The translations under genes and the position numbers were made by a program. Positions 28,160-37,606 of a stretch of 37,606 nucleotides of DNA are shown piece after piece. The DNA comes from an uncultured Paraprevotella sp. GTDB lineage: Bacteria; Bacteroidota; Bacteroidia; Bacteroidales; Bacteroidaceae. The stretch is taken from positions 1 to 37,606 of the forward strand of contig CAAGLP010000098.1 in NCBI GenBank assembly GCA_900770805.1, given 5' to 3'. Each line of letters starts with the position of its first letter. Within the stretch, counting starts at the first letter, position 1. Under the pieces are notes generated by a model. The model was not told the origin of the DNA, ran no database searches, and saw only the letters and a program-made list of their open reading frames with translations.

Positions 28160-28897
28160 TTATTTTATGTTCCTCTTAGTACAAACTACCTGATCAGCGT
28201 AATTCAGGTTTATGATGCTGTATTTGTTCCAACCGGCTTTGTCCAGTCCTTCTTTGTAGAAGGTTGATAGCCTTTCCATTTTGCCGGCAATGTCCTTTGG
28301 CTCTCCCAGAATGATGGTGTGGTCTCCGGACAAGGGAATCAATTCAACGTGCTTTTCGTTCTTTACGTATATCTGCTGGATATCCTTGTCCCATGGTGAG
28401 TGGTTGTTTATGTATGTTGCAATATCCAATAGTTTCTCTTTTGCGTATTGTTTGCTTATGTTTCCTGTTGCCAGACAAACGTCCAGTAGAAATACATTGG
28501 TCGGCATGTCGTTACCGTTTATGTCCATGTAGAAACTTTCTCCTTTGTCCGGCATGACATGAATGATGGGCTTGCGCGTGTTTATGCGTATGCACATCAA
28601 GTTGTCAGGGGTGTAGTAGCATATTACCGAGTCTACGTATGGACTTTTACTGATGTGCTTTTCAATGTTCTTGATATCAATGTCCTTGAGGGCAACGCCT
28701 TTTATAGGTATTTTAGTCTGTTCCAGTAGGCCCAGGATGAAGCGTGTGTTTACATAGTCGGTATTAGTGGAATCCTGAAGCAGGATTTCCACACCTGAGC
28801 ATATGCGTTTGTCTTCGTCGCGCGACAGGGTGCTGATGGCGAAGATTATGTATGCCAGGACTCCGGTCAGGAGCATTATTTTAATGACTATTTTCAT
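28160..28897 (-). CDS. ftsQ: Cell division protein FtsQ
   Basis: 245 aa with a single N-terminal TM segment and a POTRA-like region. Canonical position between murC and ftsA. Confidence 0.8.
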   Translation of the reverse strand: MKIVIKIMLLTGVLAYIIFAISTLSRDEDKRICSGVEILLQDSTNTDYVNTRFILGLLEQTKIPIKGVALKDIDIKNIEKHISKSPYVDSVICYYTPDNLMCIRINTRKPIIHVMPDKGESFYMDINGNDMPTNVFLLDVCLATGNISKQYAKEKLLDIATYINNHSPWDKDIQQIYVKNEKHVELIPLSGDHTIILGEPKDIAGKMERLSTFYKEGLDKAGWNKYSIINLNYADQVVCTKRNIK

Positions 28898-28901
28898 GTA
28901 A

Positions 28902-30260
28902 TTAGAGACTTAGCATGTTTGTTATATCCTGAGCGTAGTTCTCGATGTCTCCGGCTCCGAGGGTTACCAATACATCAAACTCGTTCTTGTTGACGTGCTT
29001 CAGAATATCTTCCTTCTTGCACATCTGCTTTTGTATATCCGGACGCAGATTGTCGAAAATCAGTTGTGATGTCACACCTGGAATAGGTTCTTCTCGTGCG
29101 GGGTAGATGTCGCATATAACCACGTCGTCCAATAGGGAAAGTGCATCGGCAAAGTCCTTGTAGAAGTCTCGTGTTCTGGAGTAGAGGTGTGGTTGGAAGA
29201 TGGCTCTGATTCGTCGACCTTCATATAGTTGTCTAATACTGAGAATACTTTGCTTGATTTCCTCAGGGTGATGGGCGTAGTCGGATATGTACACCATATC
29301 ATCTCTGCGTACATGGAAATCGAAACGACGATCCACACCACCAAAGCTCAGCATGGCTGCGCGTATTTCATCGGCTGTGACGCCGGCAACCTGTGCCAAA
29401 GCCATAGCTGCTATACCGTTGTCTATGTTGATGGCTACAGGGACACCCAGTTCAATGTCAGTGATATTCTCTATTGGAGACACTAAATCAAAGGTAATGC
29501 GACCATTGCCTATCTTTATGTTTTCGGCATGGAAATCACCTTCTTCCCTGCTGTAGTAATATGTTGTTACACCCTCTTGTGCGTTTGCCTTCATCTTCAT
29601 GCCGGTATGCATGATGAGGTATCCGCCGGGCATAATCAGACTGGTATATTTGGTGAACGACTCAAGATAAGCCTCCTCGGTACCATAGATATCCAGATGA
29701 TCGGCATCGGTGGAGGTTATGACTGTTGCCCATGGTGTGAGCCAATGGAATGAACGATCGAATTCGTCCGCCTCAATGACAACGTATGGACTATGCGCAG
29801 ACAATATGTAGTTGGTGCCGTAGTTTTTGGTTATACCTCCGAGGAAGGCATTGCAGTCCACGTGACTTTGGTGCAGGATGTGAGCTGCCATACTTGATGT
29901 AGTAGTTTTGCCGTGAGTTCCAGCAGCGCACAGACCTTTCAGCGAGTGGGTGAGTGTGCCAAGGACTTGTGCGCGTTTTTGCATGTCAAAGCCCTGCTCC
30001 TTAAAATAGTTCAGTTCTGTATGAGTCGCGGGAATTGCGGGCGTATATATCACGAGGCATTCATCCTTCTGCAAACATTCTGCAGGGATGAGGCTAATGT
30101 TATCTTCGTAGTGGATGACAGCGCCTTCTCGTTCCAATGTCTCGGTCAGTGGTGATGGAGTCTTGTCGTATCCTCCAACGAAGATTCCCGTGTTCAGGAA
30201 ATAGCGTGCAATGGCACTCATGCCAATGCCTCCGATACCTATGAAATATACTGCTTGCAT
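28902..30260 (-). CDS. murC: UDP-N-acetylmuramate--L-alanine ligase
   Basis: FIGIGGIGMSAIA and the Mur ligase P-loop AGTHGKTTTSSM. Confidence 0.95.
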   Translation of the reverse strand: MQAVYFIGIGGIGMSAIARYFLNTGIFVGGYDKTPSPLTETLEREGAVIHYEDNISLIPAECLQKDECLVIYTPAIPATHTELNYFKEQGFDMQKRAQVLGTLTHSLKGLCAAGTHGKTTTSSMAAHILHQSHVDCNAFLGGITKNYGTNYILSAHSPYVVIEADEFDRSFHWLTPWATVITSTDADHLDIYGTEEAYLESFTKYTSLIMPGGYLIMHTGMKMKANAQEGVTTYYYSREEGDFHAENIKIGNGRITFDLVSPIENITDIELGVPVAINIDNGIAAMALAQVAGVTADEIRAAMLSFGGVDRRFDFHVRRDDMVYISDYAHHPEEIKQSILSIRQLYEGRRIRAIFQPHLYSRTRDFYKDFADALSLLDDVVICDIYPAREEPIPGVTSQLIFDNLRPDIQKQMCKKEDILKHVNKNEFDVLVTLGAGDIENYAQDITNMLSL

Positions 30261-30269
30261 ACGTGTCAG

Positions 30270-31379
30270 TTAGTTTTTAATGAGTTTAAGGATTTCTTCC
30301 GCAATCTTGGTGTCTGCATCGCGGAAAGCCATGGACAATGCATTCTCGCTTAGACCATTTAATAGAGTAGTGTCCTTGACCGTATTTATGGCCAAAGGGA
30401 TAAGCTTTTCTTCTGCCTCGACATCCTTTACTATAAGCGCGGCGTTTTTGTTGACTAGTGCCATCGCATTATGTGTCTGGTGGTCTTCTGCAACGTTAGG
30501 GCTTGGTACCAGTATGCTTGCCTTGCCAAGAAGACATAACTCACTGATGCTGCTGGCACCTGCACGGCTTATGACTAGGTCGGCTGCCTTGTATGCCTTG
30601 TCCATGTTGCGGATGAAGTCTGTTACATACAGGTTTCTGGGTGTGCCGTATCTTTCTAGCTCCTGTGAGATATTCTCCTTGTAGTTGCTGCCTGTTTGCC
30701 AAATGAACTGGATATTTGAGTTGCGTATCAGTTCCAATGATTTGAGGATGCTGCTATTCAGTGTCCTTGCTCCCAGACTGCCGCCAATCAAGAGTATAAC
30801 GGGCTTGCCGGGAGTGAAGCCGAATTCAGCCATGGATTCTTCTTTGGCCAAAGACGTGTCGGCAAGGTTCTGGCGAACAGGATTTCCTGTCAGCAAGATT
30901 CTGTCAGCTGGGAAGAAACGTTCCATTCCCTCATAGGCAACACATATTTTACTGGCTTTTCTTGCCAGGGTCTTATTTGTCAGACCGGCAAAACTATTTT
31001 GCTCCTGGATGAGGCATGGTATGCCCATGTCGTAGGCGGCATTAAGGGTGGCTGCGCTTGCATATCCTCCCACTCCCACGGCAACGTCTGGTTTGAACTC
31101 CTTTATAATCTTCTTTACCTGCCATTTGCTCTTAAGGAAGTCCATAAGTATGCCTATGTTCTTTGGCTTCCAAAGAGGGCGTATGAGTCCCTTTACTGGC
31201 AGACCAACTATCTTGTAACCTGCCTGTGGTACGCGTTGCATCTCCATACGGTCCTTTGCTCCTACGAATAGAATCTCTGTTTCAGGACATAGCTTTCTTA
31301 ATGCGTTGGCAATGCTGACGGCAGGGAAGATGTGGCCTCCTGTACCGCCTCCACTTATGATTATTCTTGGATTCTTCAT
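30270..31379 (-). CDS. murG: UDP-N-acetylglucosamine--N-acetylmuramyl-(pentapeptide) pyrophosphoryl-undecaprenol GlcNAc transferase
   Basis: ISGGGTGGHIFPA, 369 aa. Overlaps the ftsW stop by 4 nt. Confidence 0.95.
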   Translation of the reverse strand: MKNPRIIISGGGTGGHIFPAVSIANALRKLCPETEILFVGAKDRMEMQRVPQAGYKIVGLPVKGLIRPLWKPKNIGILMDFLKSKWQVKKIIKEFKPDVAVGVGGYASAATLNAAYDMGIPCLIQEQNSFAGLTNKTLARKASKICVAYEGMERFFPADRILLTGNPVRQNLADTSLAKEESMAEFGFTPGKPVILLIGGSLGARTLNSSILKSLELIRNSNIQFIWQTGSNYKENISQELERYGTPRNLYVTDFIRNMDKAYKAADLVISRAGASSISELCLLGKASILVPSPNVAEDHQTHNAMALVNKNAALIVKDVEAEEKLIPLAINTVKDTTLLNGLSENALSMAFRDADTKIAEEILKLIKN

Positions 31380-32623
31380 GCTTCAACAGGTATTACTTCG
31401 GTATCCTTATTGCTATTTGCGTGTTCCTCGCTCTCTTCTGCTTTGCGTGCGGAACGACTTACGCTGAGCATTATTCCCAGATAGGCACAATTGACGAATG
31501 TACTTGTTCCGCCACGGCTGATTAGTGGAAGTGGTTGACCGGTAACGGGGAATACGCCTACTGCAACAGCCATATTGACCATCGCTTGCATGACAAGCAT
31601 AAGGGCTAGTCCCATTATCAAGTATGCCGGAAACAGAGATTTGCACCGTTGTGCTATGCGTAGTGCCCTATATAATAATAATAGGTATAGGAACATTACT
31701 AATCCGCCACCGAATATACCGAACTCTTCTATTATTATGGCATAGATGAAGTCGGAGAAGGCTTGTGGTAGGAAATCACGTTCGATAGAGTTTCCTGGGC
31801 CGCGACCAGTAATGCCACATGTGGCTATAGCTATTTGGGCGTGTGTCACCTGTACGTTCTTCGTGATATCGTACTTGGTGGGGTCGGAGGGGAGTTCGTT
31901 TTTGTTCTTGACTCTGTTCACCCAGGTGGGCACACGGTGCATTATTCCATCACTTTTAGCCCATTCGTCCAGAGTGCTTTGTGGAATATTGACTGCGGTA
32001 AGATAGCCAGCCAATGCCATGCCAAGAAGTGAACCTCCTAACCAGAGTAATAGCTTTGACGATACTTGTGCATAGAAACATACCAGGTACATCACAACGA
32101 AAATAATGGCTGCCGTACTGAGGTTCTCCGTTATGATAAGTAACAACGTACAGCCGATATTTATTGCAGCCAATTTGAAACCGAAGGAACTTACTCCGTT
32201 TTTATCTCTAAACACACTGAGTACGAATGCTGTTGTCATTATCAGGCCCAACTTGGCTATCTCGCTGGGCTGAAAGGTGATTTCTCCGATGCCTACCCAT
32301 CTTGATGCACCATTTACCTTTCCTGCAAACAGAGCGCATACCAGTAGTATGTATGAGAATAAAGTTGTGCATAATCCAAGAAGTTTATATAACTTGCATG
32401 GTAGCATATGCATTACCCACGTGAAGCCAATGCCCAAAAGTATGAAGCTGCCATGTCGCATGACAGGAGCCCAATATTTGCCCGAGCTGTATGTCATGTT
32501 GCTGGAAGCGCTGTATACGGTAATTATGGAAATGAAGCAAAGTGAGAGGAATACCATCCATAGGACCATATCTCCCTGCATAAGCCCATTCTCTTTAAAG
32601 TTCTTTTTGCTCCAATTGTTCAT
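31376..32623 (-). CDS. ftsW: SEDS-family peptidoglycan glycosyltransferase FtsW
   Basis: Polytopic membrane protein with the C-terminal motif TGQPLPLISRGGTS. dcw position between murD and murG. Confidence 0.9.
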   Translation of the reverse strand: MNNWSKKNFKENGLMQGDMVLWMVFLSLCFISIITVYSASSNMTYSSGKYWAPVMRHGSFILLGIGFTWVMHMLPCKLYKLLGLCTTLFSYILLVCALFAGKVNGASRWVGIGEITFQPSEIAKLGLIMTTAFVLSVFRDKNGVSSFGFKLAAINIGCTLLLIITENLSTAAIIFVVMYLVCFYAQVSSKLLLWLGGSLLGMALAGYLTAVNIPQSTLDEWAKSDGIMHRVPTWVNRVKNKNELPSDPTKYDITKNVQVTHAQIAIATCGITGRGPGNSIERDFLPQAFSDFIYAIIIEEFGIFGGGLVMFLYLLLLYRALRIAQRCKSLFPAYLIMGLALMLVMQAMVNMAVAVGVFPVTGQPLPLISRGGTSTFVNCAYLGIMLSVSRSARKAEESEEHANSNKDTEVIPVEA

Positions 32624-32677
32624 GTGGATATATATCGAATTGTTCGTGTGTTGTGTGTATGATAGCGTGTCAGCGAA

Positions 32678-34012
32678 TTATAGGTTTCTGACCAGTTCTT
32701 TGAATTGCTCGCCTCTGTCCTCCATATTCTTGAACAGATCAAAGCTTGCGCAGCATGGACTCAGTAGGACTGTATATCCTGGCTTGGCCAGTTTATTACA
32801 TGCCTCTATGCACTCCTTCATGCTGTGAGTGTCGAATGTCGGTATGCCCATGGGGTCAAAGAAATCATGCAATTTGCTATTGTCTGCCCCGAGGAACACA
32901 AGTCCGGCACATTTCTTCGCCACTAGTTCTCTGATTGCTTCGTAGTCGTTACCCTTGTCCTTACCACCGATTATAAGAATAGTTGGGGTGGTCATGCTTT
33001 CAAGAGCATACCAACAGGCGTCAACATTAGTGGCCTTGGAATCGTTGATATAATGTACGCCTCCTACGGTGGCAACTTTTTCCAATCGGTGTTCCACACC
33101 TTGGAAATCTGCAAGGCTTTCTTTAAGTTTCTCGTCGCTAACACCGGCCAGTCTGGTCGCCAAACCGGCAGCTAGAGAATTATACATATTGTGTTTTCCG
33201 TCGAGAGCCAGTGACTCTTGCTCCATGTTGAATGGTGTAGGTGTCTCCAGAGTGTATGTGCCGTTGTCGATGTAGCCTATCATCCCGTTCTTGCTCAGGA
33301 TAGAGAAGGGGCACTTTTGTGCTTTGATACCATACTTGTCCAGTTCCACCTTGATAATTGGATCGTCTGCCCAATAGATAAATGCATCGTCAGCCTCTTG
33401 ATTACGGATGATTCTCATCTTTGAGTCCGTATACTTCTGCATGTCGTTGTCATAGCGGTCCAGATGGTCGGGGGTGATATTCAGCAGCACGGCAATATTG
33501 GCATGGAAATCATACATGTTGTCCAACTGGAAACTGCTAAGTTCTATGACATAATGGTCGTAGGTGCAACCCTCTGCAATCTGTAGAGCAAGCGAACGTC
33601 CGATGTTACCTGCCAGGCCTACGTTGTAACCGGCATTCTTCAGGATATGGTATATAAGGCTAGTAGTCGTAGTTTTTCCATTGCTGCCGGTAATGCATAT
33701 CATTTTGGCATCGGTATAACGGGCTGCAAACTCTATTTCGTTTATGATGTGTATGCCTTTGCTTATTGCTTCGGCCACCATTGGGGCATTGTCAGGGATG
33801 CCTGGACTTTTTATAATCTCTTCAGCATCAAGAATCTTATCCGCACTGTGTCGGCCCTCTTCCCATTCAATACCATATGTATTTAGGATCTCTTTGTAAT
33901 GCTCCTTTATCATGCCCATATCGCTGACAAAGACGTCATAGCCTTTATTCAAGGCCAGGACGGCAGCTCCAACGCCACTCTCTGCAGCACCCAGTATAGC
34001 TATCTTGCTCAT
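32678..34012 (-). CDS. murD: UDP-N-acetylmuramoylalanine--D-glutamate ligase
   Basis: ILGAAESGVGAA Rossmann N-terminus and P-loop ITGSNGKTTTTSL. Confidence 0.95.
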   Translation of the reverse strand: MSKIAILGAAESGVGAAVLALNKGYDVFVSDMGMIKEHYKEILNTYGIEWEEGRHSADKILDAEEIIKSPGIPDNAPMVAEAISKGIHIINEIEFAARYTDAKMICITGSNGKTTTTSLIYHILKNAGYNVGLAGNIGRSLALQIAEGCTYDHYVIELSSFQLDNMYDFHANIAVLLNITPDHLDRYDNDMQKYTDSKMRIIRNQEADDAFIYWADDPIIKVELDKYGIKAQKCPFSILSKNGMIGYIDNGTYTLETPTPFNMEQESLALDGKHNMYNSLAAGLATRLAGVSDEKLKESLADFQGVEHRLEKVATVGGVHYINDSKATNVDACWYALESMTTPTILIIGGKDKGNDYEAIRELVAKKCAGLVFLGADNSKLHDFFDPMGIPTFDTHSMKECIEACNKLAKPGYTVLLSPCCASFDLFKNMEDRGEQFKELVRNL

Positions 34013-34018
34013 TCGTTG

Positions 34019-35284
34019 TTATCTTATTTTAAGTGTGACAATGGCCAGTGTAGCCATCAGTATGGTGATAATCCAAAATCTGGTTGTTATCTTGCTTTCC
34101 AACCAGCATCCTTTTGGCCAGTTCAATAGAATCTTTAGGTCGGGGCTAAGTTGTCCTGGCTTGATGCGGAAAGTGTCGTGGATTGGAGCGCGTTTAAATA
34201 CTCTCCACTTTTTTCCACGCTTGTTGCCCATTTTTGCTACATTGGTCTGTAACAATACACTTATACTTTCCATAAGGAAGACAAAGCATATTATGGGAAT
34301 AAGCAGTTCCTTGTGTATTATGATGGCTGTAACGGCAATGATGCCTCCGATGGCCAGACTGCCGGTGTCCCCCATGAAAATCTGGGCTGGGTATGCGTTG
34401 TACCACAGGAATCCAATCAATGCACCCACGAAAGCAAGAAGGAATATAACCAGTTCTTCGGAGCCCGGTATGAACATGATGTTCAGATAGGCGGCAAGAT
34501 TTATATGGCTAGAAACATAGGCAAGTATGGCTAAGGCTATGCCCATTATGGCTGAGTTGCCCGCGCACATACCATCCATACCGTCGTTCAGGTTTGAACC
34601 GTTGCTTACTGCCATTACAACAAATGTAACTACAAAAACGAAGAATATCCATCCTGCTGCAGTGCGGTATTTGCCCAGGAAGGAGAACAGGTTGCTGTAG
34701 CTGAGGTTGTTGTTCTTTACGAAGGGTATAGTTGTGATGGTGCTCTTTACCGGCTCGCTCTTGTATACGACAGTTTCTGTTGTTTCATTGCGTGAAATGG
34801 TTACGTTTTCTCGTATTACAGCATCAGGGCTGAGCCACAGAGTCAAGCCCACGATCAATCCTAACAAGGCCTGGCTGGCCAGTTTGTATATGGGGCGCAG
34901 ACCGTCCTTGTTGATTTTCAATTTGATGTAGTCATCCATGAATCCGATGAATCCCAGCCAGATTGTAGTGGCAAGCATCAGTAGCATGTATATGTTTCGC
35001 AAACGTCCCAACAAAAGACATGGTATCACGATGGAAACGATGATAATCAGACCGCCCATCGTGGGAACTCCTCTCTTCTCCACACCATACGGATCTATGC
35101 TCTCATCCCGCTGTGCCTCGCTGATGTTACGCTCTCTCATCCATTTGATGAAGTACTGTCCGAACCACATGGATATAAGCAGACTAAGCACCAATGTCAT
35201 CAGTCCTCGGAACGAGATGTACTGCCACATTCCCGCGCCGCTTATCCCAAATTGTTCCAGATATCGGAATAAATAGTATAGCAT
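34019..35284 (-). CDS. mraY: Phospho-N-acetylmuramoyl-pentapeptide transferase
   Basis: GFMDDYIKL, NLNDGMDG, FMGDTGSLAIGG. Polytopic membrane protein. Confidence 0.95.
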   Translation of the reverse strand: MLYYLFRYLEQFGISGAGMWQYISFRGLMTLVLSLLISMWFGQYFIKWMRERNISEAQRDESIDPYGVEKRGVPTMGGLIIIVSIVIPCLLLGRLRNIYMLLMLATTIWLGFIGFMDDYIKLKINKDGLRPIYKLASQALLGLIVGLTLWLSPDAVIRENVTISRNETTETVVYKSEPVKSTITTIPFVKNNNLSYSNLFSFLGKYRTAAGWIFFVFVVTFVVMAVSNGSNLNDGMDGMCAGNSAIMGIALAILAYVSSHINLAAYLNIMFIPGSEELVIFLLAFVGALIGFLWYNAYPAQIFMGDTGSLAIGGIIAVTAIIIHKELLIPIICFVFLMESISVLLQTNVAKMGNKRGKKWRVFKRAPIHDTFRIKPGQLSPDLKILLNWPKGCWLESKITTRFWIITILMATLAIVTLKIR

Positions 35285-35325
35285 TTTTTCTTGCCAGTAT
35301 ATATTAGTGTTGTTGAATCTTGTTG

Positions 35326-36780
35326 TTAATCAATACCAAAGGCCTCGCGAACAACCTCGTGATCGTCAAAGTGATACTTGACTCCCTTTATTATTTGATA
35401 ATCTTCATGTCCTTTACCTGCAATCAGAATGACATCGCCTTTCTGTGCCATCATGCATGCGGTCCTTATGGCTTCTTTTCTATCTACAATGCTTATGGTC
35501 TTCTTGAGTTCTTCTTTTGTCAACCCAGCAAGCATATCATTGATAATGTCCTGAGGCTCTTCGTCGCGTGGATTGTCGCTTGTGATTATTACTCGGTCGC
35601 TTTGTTTGGCAGCCTCCTGTGCCATCAGTGGCCTCTTGCCCTTGTCGCGGTTGCCACCTGCACCACATACGGTCCAACACTGACCCTTTCCTGCCAATAC
35701 TTCGTTTATGGTGCTCAGTACGTTGTTCAGAGCGTCCGGAGTATGAGCATAGTCTATTACCGCTGTCACTCCTTCGGGAGAACGAAAAGTTTCGAATCTG
35801 CCGTTTACGGGTTTCATCGCGCTCAGTTGTATAAGAGCTTCCTGAGGCTCAAAACCTATCATGCATAGCGTTCCGTATATTGCCAGAATGTTTTGCACGT
35901 TGAAACGTCCGACGAATTGGACGAAGACTTCCAGACCGTTCATGTCAAGGTTCATTCCTTCGAAACTCTCTTCCAGTATCCTTGCATGGAAATCGGCCCC
36001 TCCTCTTATGGAGTATGTCTTTACTGTCGCTTTCGAACTCTGGGTCATTATAAGGCCGTTTCTGTCGTCAGCGTTAGTGATGGCAAAGGCATCCTTCGGC
36101 AGCATGTCAAAGAAGCCCTTCTTTGCATCTCGGTAGTTTTCGAATGTCTTGTGGTAATCCAGATGGTCGCGTGTCAGGTTGGTAAACACGCCTCCGGCAA
36201 AGGTAAGTCCGGCAATTCGTTTCTGGTCCACTGCATGGCTACTCACTTCCATAAAGGCATATTCGCATCCATGATCGGCCATCTTCCCAAGAAGTTGGTT
36301 CAGAGTTATAGGATCTGGTGTGGTACATTCTGTGGGATAGGCTTCTCCGTCAATGTAGTTGCACACAGTACTGCATAATCCAGCTTTTATACCCATCCTG
36401 CGAATTATGTTGTACAGAGTGGTGGCAATGGTTGTCTTGCCATTTGTTCCTGTGACACCAATCAGTTTCATCCTCTTCGTAGGATTGCCGTAGAATGTTG
36501 TTGCCAACGGACCGACAATGTCTGCAGTATTGTTGTATGCTGCATAAGTTACCTCCGGATTGGTCTCCTGAGGCAGGTTCTCGCATATTATGCAGCTTGC
36601 TCCCAGACTTATGGCTTTCTCTATATATGTATGGCCGTCGGCCTGTGTGCCGCGAATAGCCACAAAGGCAGAACCAGGTTTGCATTTTCTTGAGTCAAGT
36701 TCAATACCACTAATCTCAATCTCAGTGCTTCCCAGAACCTCTATGGGCTTGTATTGTTTTGTCAGTTCGGATAGCGTCAT
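35326..36780 (-). CDS. murE: UDP-N-acetylmuramoyl-L-alanyl-D-glutamate--2,6-diaminopimelate ligase
   Basis: P-loop [10 protein letters not shown]. The DNPR motif ([10 protein letters not shown]) is typical of meso-DAP-adding MurE. Confidence 0.93.
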   Translation of the reverse strand: MTLSELTKQYKPIEVLGSTEIEISGIELDSRKCKPGSAFVAIRGTQADGHTYIEKAISLGASCIICENLPQETNPEVTYAAYNNTADIVGPLATTFYGNPTKRMKLIGVTGTNGKTTIATTLYNIIRRMGIKAGLCSTVCNYIDGEAYPTECTTPDPITLNQLLGKMADHGCEYAFMEVSSHAVDQKRIAGLTFAGGVFTNLTRDHLDYHKTFENYRDAKKGFFDMLPKDAFAITNADDRNGLIMTQSSKATVKTYSIRGGADFHARILEESFEGMNLDMNGLEVFVQFVGRFNVQNILAIYGTLCMIGFEPQEALIQLSAMKPVNGRFETFRSPEGVTAVIDYAHTPDALNNVLSTINEVLAGKGQCWTVCGAGGNRDKGKRPLMAQEAAKQSDRVIITSDNPRDEEPQDIINDMLAGLTKEELKKTISIVDRKEAIRTACMMAQKGDVILIAGKGHEDYQIIKGVKYHFDDHEVVREAFGID

Positions 36781-36833
36781 ATACCTTATTATATTATATG
36801 TTGGACAACTTGGTCTGTTTTGTTCCTGTATTC

Positions 36834-37606
36834 TTATTCAAGTGTGAGTTTTATGCTTTGTCCCTTCGTCACATCTGCGCCGGGTGCTATGCTTTGGCTT
36901 TTTACAGTGCCAACACCATGTATGATTACCTTTATACCTCTTTTCTTTAGCACGTAGACAGCGTCTTTTGCTCCCATTCCTCTTACATCCGGAATCTTTG
37001 TTAGGTTGTTGTCTGCTACAGTGCGTGTATTTTTGTTCGTAGGAGTGAATACGGACAGACTGTCGGCCAGTTCAGATGCGTCTCGTTCCAGAGTCTGTGC
37101 CATGATTAATTGTGATATCTGGCTGAATACAGGGCCGCATTGTCCACCACCCGAGGCAGGTAGGCCATCCTTGACGATACATACGATACAACTATATTTT
37201 GGGGCTTCTGATGGGAAGTAACCACAGAAACTTACCATGTATCTTGTTGTGCCACTGTGATATCCTTTCGTTCCGCTGGCAACCTGAGCCGTGCCGGTTT
37301 TACCGCTTACCTGGAAAAGTTTGCCTCCATTTCCAGCCCTGCGTCCCAGACCAATGCTGACTACGTTGTTCAAACAGAATTGTATGTCCTTTAGTGTTGA
37401 AGGCTTGCACATCTGTTCAACCAGCACCTCGGTGGGGAATTCACGTATTACTTGTCCGTCCTTAAGTTCTGCCTTTATGAATTTGGGCTTTACTATCTTA
37501 CCACCATTGGCAATGCCGTTGTAGAATGTCAGTGTACTTATTACCGGCTGTTGTGTTACGTAGCCGATGCTCATCCATGGCAGGTCGGACTTGCTCCAGT
37601 AACGTA
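36834..37606 (-). CDS. ftsI: Penicillin-binding protein 3 / FtsI transpeptidase, C-terminal part with a PASTA-like domain (5' end outside the window)
   Basis: The frame is open to the window edge. SIGYV and the KTG motif (SGKTGTAQ) are present. The terminal [53 protein letters not shown] looks like a PASTA domain. It sits upstream of murE. Confidence 0.88.
   Translation of the reverse strand, partial: RYWSKSDLPWMSIGYVTQQPVISTLTFYNGIANGGKIVKPKFIKAELKDGQVIREFPTEVLVEQMCKPSTLKDIQFCLNNVVSIGLGRRAGNGGKLFQVSGKTGTAQVASGTKGYHSGTTRYMVSFCGYFPSEAPKYSCIVCIVKDGLPASGGGQCGPVFSQISQLIMAQTLERDASELADSLSVFTPTNKNTRTVADNNLTKIPDVRGMGAKDAVYVLKKRGIKVIIHGVGTVKSQSIAPGADVTKGQSIKLTLE

Overview
This looks like a core-chromosome window from a Bacteroidota bacterium, probably Prevotellaceae. 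That assignment is an inference from four things: SusD/E/F-type genes, T9SS-like C-terminal sorting tails, TAnnTTTG promoter boxes ahead of nearly every transcription unit, and a dcw cluster with no murF between murE and mraY.

- **Left third (1-14.8 kb, + strand):** the end of a starch PUL (3' part of a susD-like gene and two SusE/F-like lipoproteins). A 308-bp gap follows, then a tightly packed string: GH13 alpha-amylase, SLC45-like MFS sugar transporter, GH77 MalQ, GH13 pullulanase, GH53 endo-galactanase and GH2 beta-galactosidase.
- **Middle (14.8-25.5 kb):** housekeeping genes. These are nudC, a compact FNT-like channel, an orphan secreted protein, a manC-like gene, a HIT gene, greA, pnp, gyrB, rpsT, tRNA-Glu and recO.
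- **Right third (25.5-37.6 kb, - strand):** the dcw cluster, ftsI (partial)-murE-mraY-murD-ftsW-murG-murC-ftsQ-ftsA-ftsZ.

I see no transposase, integrase, CRISPR array, toxin or defence genes, and no foreign island. I cannot honestly point to a novel multi-gene system here.

The observations most worth a second look are non-coding:
1. Three GTGTTG-N6-CAACAC palindromes phased exactly 22 bp apart, just upstream of the amylase promoter box.
2. A degenerate ~23-bp tandem repeat array (4-5 copies) with dyad symmetry, lying between the pnp and gyrB terminators.

Smaller points are the T9SS-type tails on two PUL enzymes, an Arg-rich tail on PNPase, an orphan Cys/Trp/Tyr-rich secreted protein and a long greA leader. 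All protein calls rest on motifs I read in the translations. No database search was possible.
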